Shown: piece after piece, positions 62,752 through 64,000 of the stretch | Layout: each line of letters begins with the position of its first letter | Position numbering within the stretch: position 1 is the stretch's first letter | Assembly (NCBI RefSeq): GCF_006345805.1 | Contig: NW_021836153.1 | Span: 1-64,000 of the forward strand | Source of the DNA: Octopus sinensis | Lineage: Eukaryota | DNA length: 64,000 nucleotides | Reading direction: 5' to 3' | Made by a program: the position numbers and the translations under genes | Notes under the pieces: model-generated | What the model saw: the letters and a program-made list of their open reading frames with translations, nothing else | Databases searched by the model: none | Told to the model about the DNA's origin: nothing

Positions 62752-62786
<35 letters not shown>

Positions 62787-62865
62787 TACATACATACACA
62801 CAAACAGACAGACATAATATATATAATATATAAATAGATATATATACACAGATATGTATATATAT

Positions 62866-62899
<34 letters not shown>

Positions 62900-63028
62900 A
62901 GAGTGAGTGAGACATGTATGTATATACATAGACAATGTATGGATATATACACAGACATATGCATGTATATACACAGACATATGTATGTATATATATCACA
63001 GACGTGTATACACACACACATATATATA

Positions 63029-63083
<55 letters not shown>

Positions 63084-63095
63084 ATATATATAGAG

Positions 63096-63139
<44 letters not shown>

Positions 63140-63410
63140 TATATATGCATGTGTATATACACACACTACCTCTCACATCCGACAGGCTTCCACACAGTTT
63201 CTGTCCACCGAATTCACTCACAAGATACTGATCGACTCGGAACTCTAATGGGCAGTGAAATTGAACTTGAAACTACGAGGTTATATATCGATCGTCGTAA
63301 CCGTGTGTACGCGGGCGCGCGCGTGTGTATATTATCGACAGCACATACACTGTGCATGTGTTTTGTTTATAAGCTGAATTTGCGAGCTAAACCTACACAC
63401 ACACATAGAC

Positions 63411-63440
<30 letters not shown>

Positions 63441-63441
<1 letters not shown>

Positions 63442-63631
63442 TCTTTTACTTGTTTAAGTCATTTGACTGCATGGCCGCGGCCAGGCTGGAGCACCACAAA
63501 TCGACCCCAGGACTGATTCTTTGTAAGCCTACTGCTTATTCTATCGGTCGCTTTTTTTTGCCATTATATATATATACACAACCACAAATATATATAATAT
63601 ATACATAGATATATATACACAGACGTGTGTG

Positions 63632-63705
<74 letters not shown>

Positions 63706-63709
63706 CATT

Positions 63710-63742
<33 letters not shown>

Positions 63743-63769
63743 ACATATATATATATATATACATAATAC

Positions 63770-63800
<31 letters not shown>

Positions 63801-63960
63801 CATATCTCTTTCTTCTTTTTTCTCTTTTACTTGTTTCAGTCATTTGACTGCGGCCATGCTGGGGCACCGCCTTAGTACTTATTCTATCGGTCCTCTTTTG
63901 CCGAACCGCCAAGTAACGGGGACATAAGCACACAGCATCGGTTGTCAAGCAATGCTAGGG
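63441..63960 (-). mobile_element. Two SINE family A second-module fragments (63441-63560, 63820-63960) around a (TA)n block
   Basis: TTTTACTTGTTT.AGTCATTTGACTGC...TATTCTATCGGTC occurs twice. Confidence 0.75.
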
Positions 63961-64000
63961 CAACACAACACAAACACACACACACCCACACATACATATA

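Overview
Eukaryotic, very AT-rich, microsatellite- and transposon-dense DNA. The tRNA-headed SINE families present match, from memory, those of Octopus genomes, so a cephalopod origin is inferred but not verified. No complete protein-coding gene is visible, and almost all ORFs in the track are (TA)n/(CA)n/(GA)n artefacts. The best host-gene signal is a 61-nt minus-strand signal-peptide exon (47534-47594, MDKGFGLLLLLYLHLAAITK-G, AG|GTAAGT donor), which would make the lower ~47 kb mostly intron. Recognisable content: about 40 SINE copies or fragments in 4-5 families, three or more decayed Penelope-like (PLE) retroelement fragments, Tx1/L1 and other LINE remnants, Tc1/mariner and pogo-like MITEs, Helitron-like non-autonomous elements, and several tandem and inverted repeats. 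The most interesting signal is non-coding: four well-formed type-I hammerhead ribozyme (HHR) folds, each in a different sequence context. They are a canonical one 3' of a PLE GIY-YIG remnant (2992-3074), one in a tRNA-headed SINE family (14574-14619), one with an A6U core (29036-29071) and one with a compensatory U3-A8 core (35079-35129). Several degenerate or tandem HHR relics also occur. All folds were done by eye and no activity is demonstrated. Repeat-copy boundaries are approximate.
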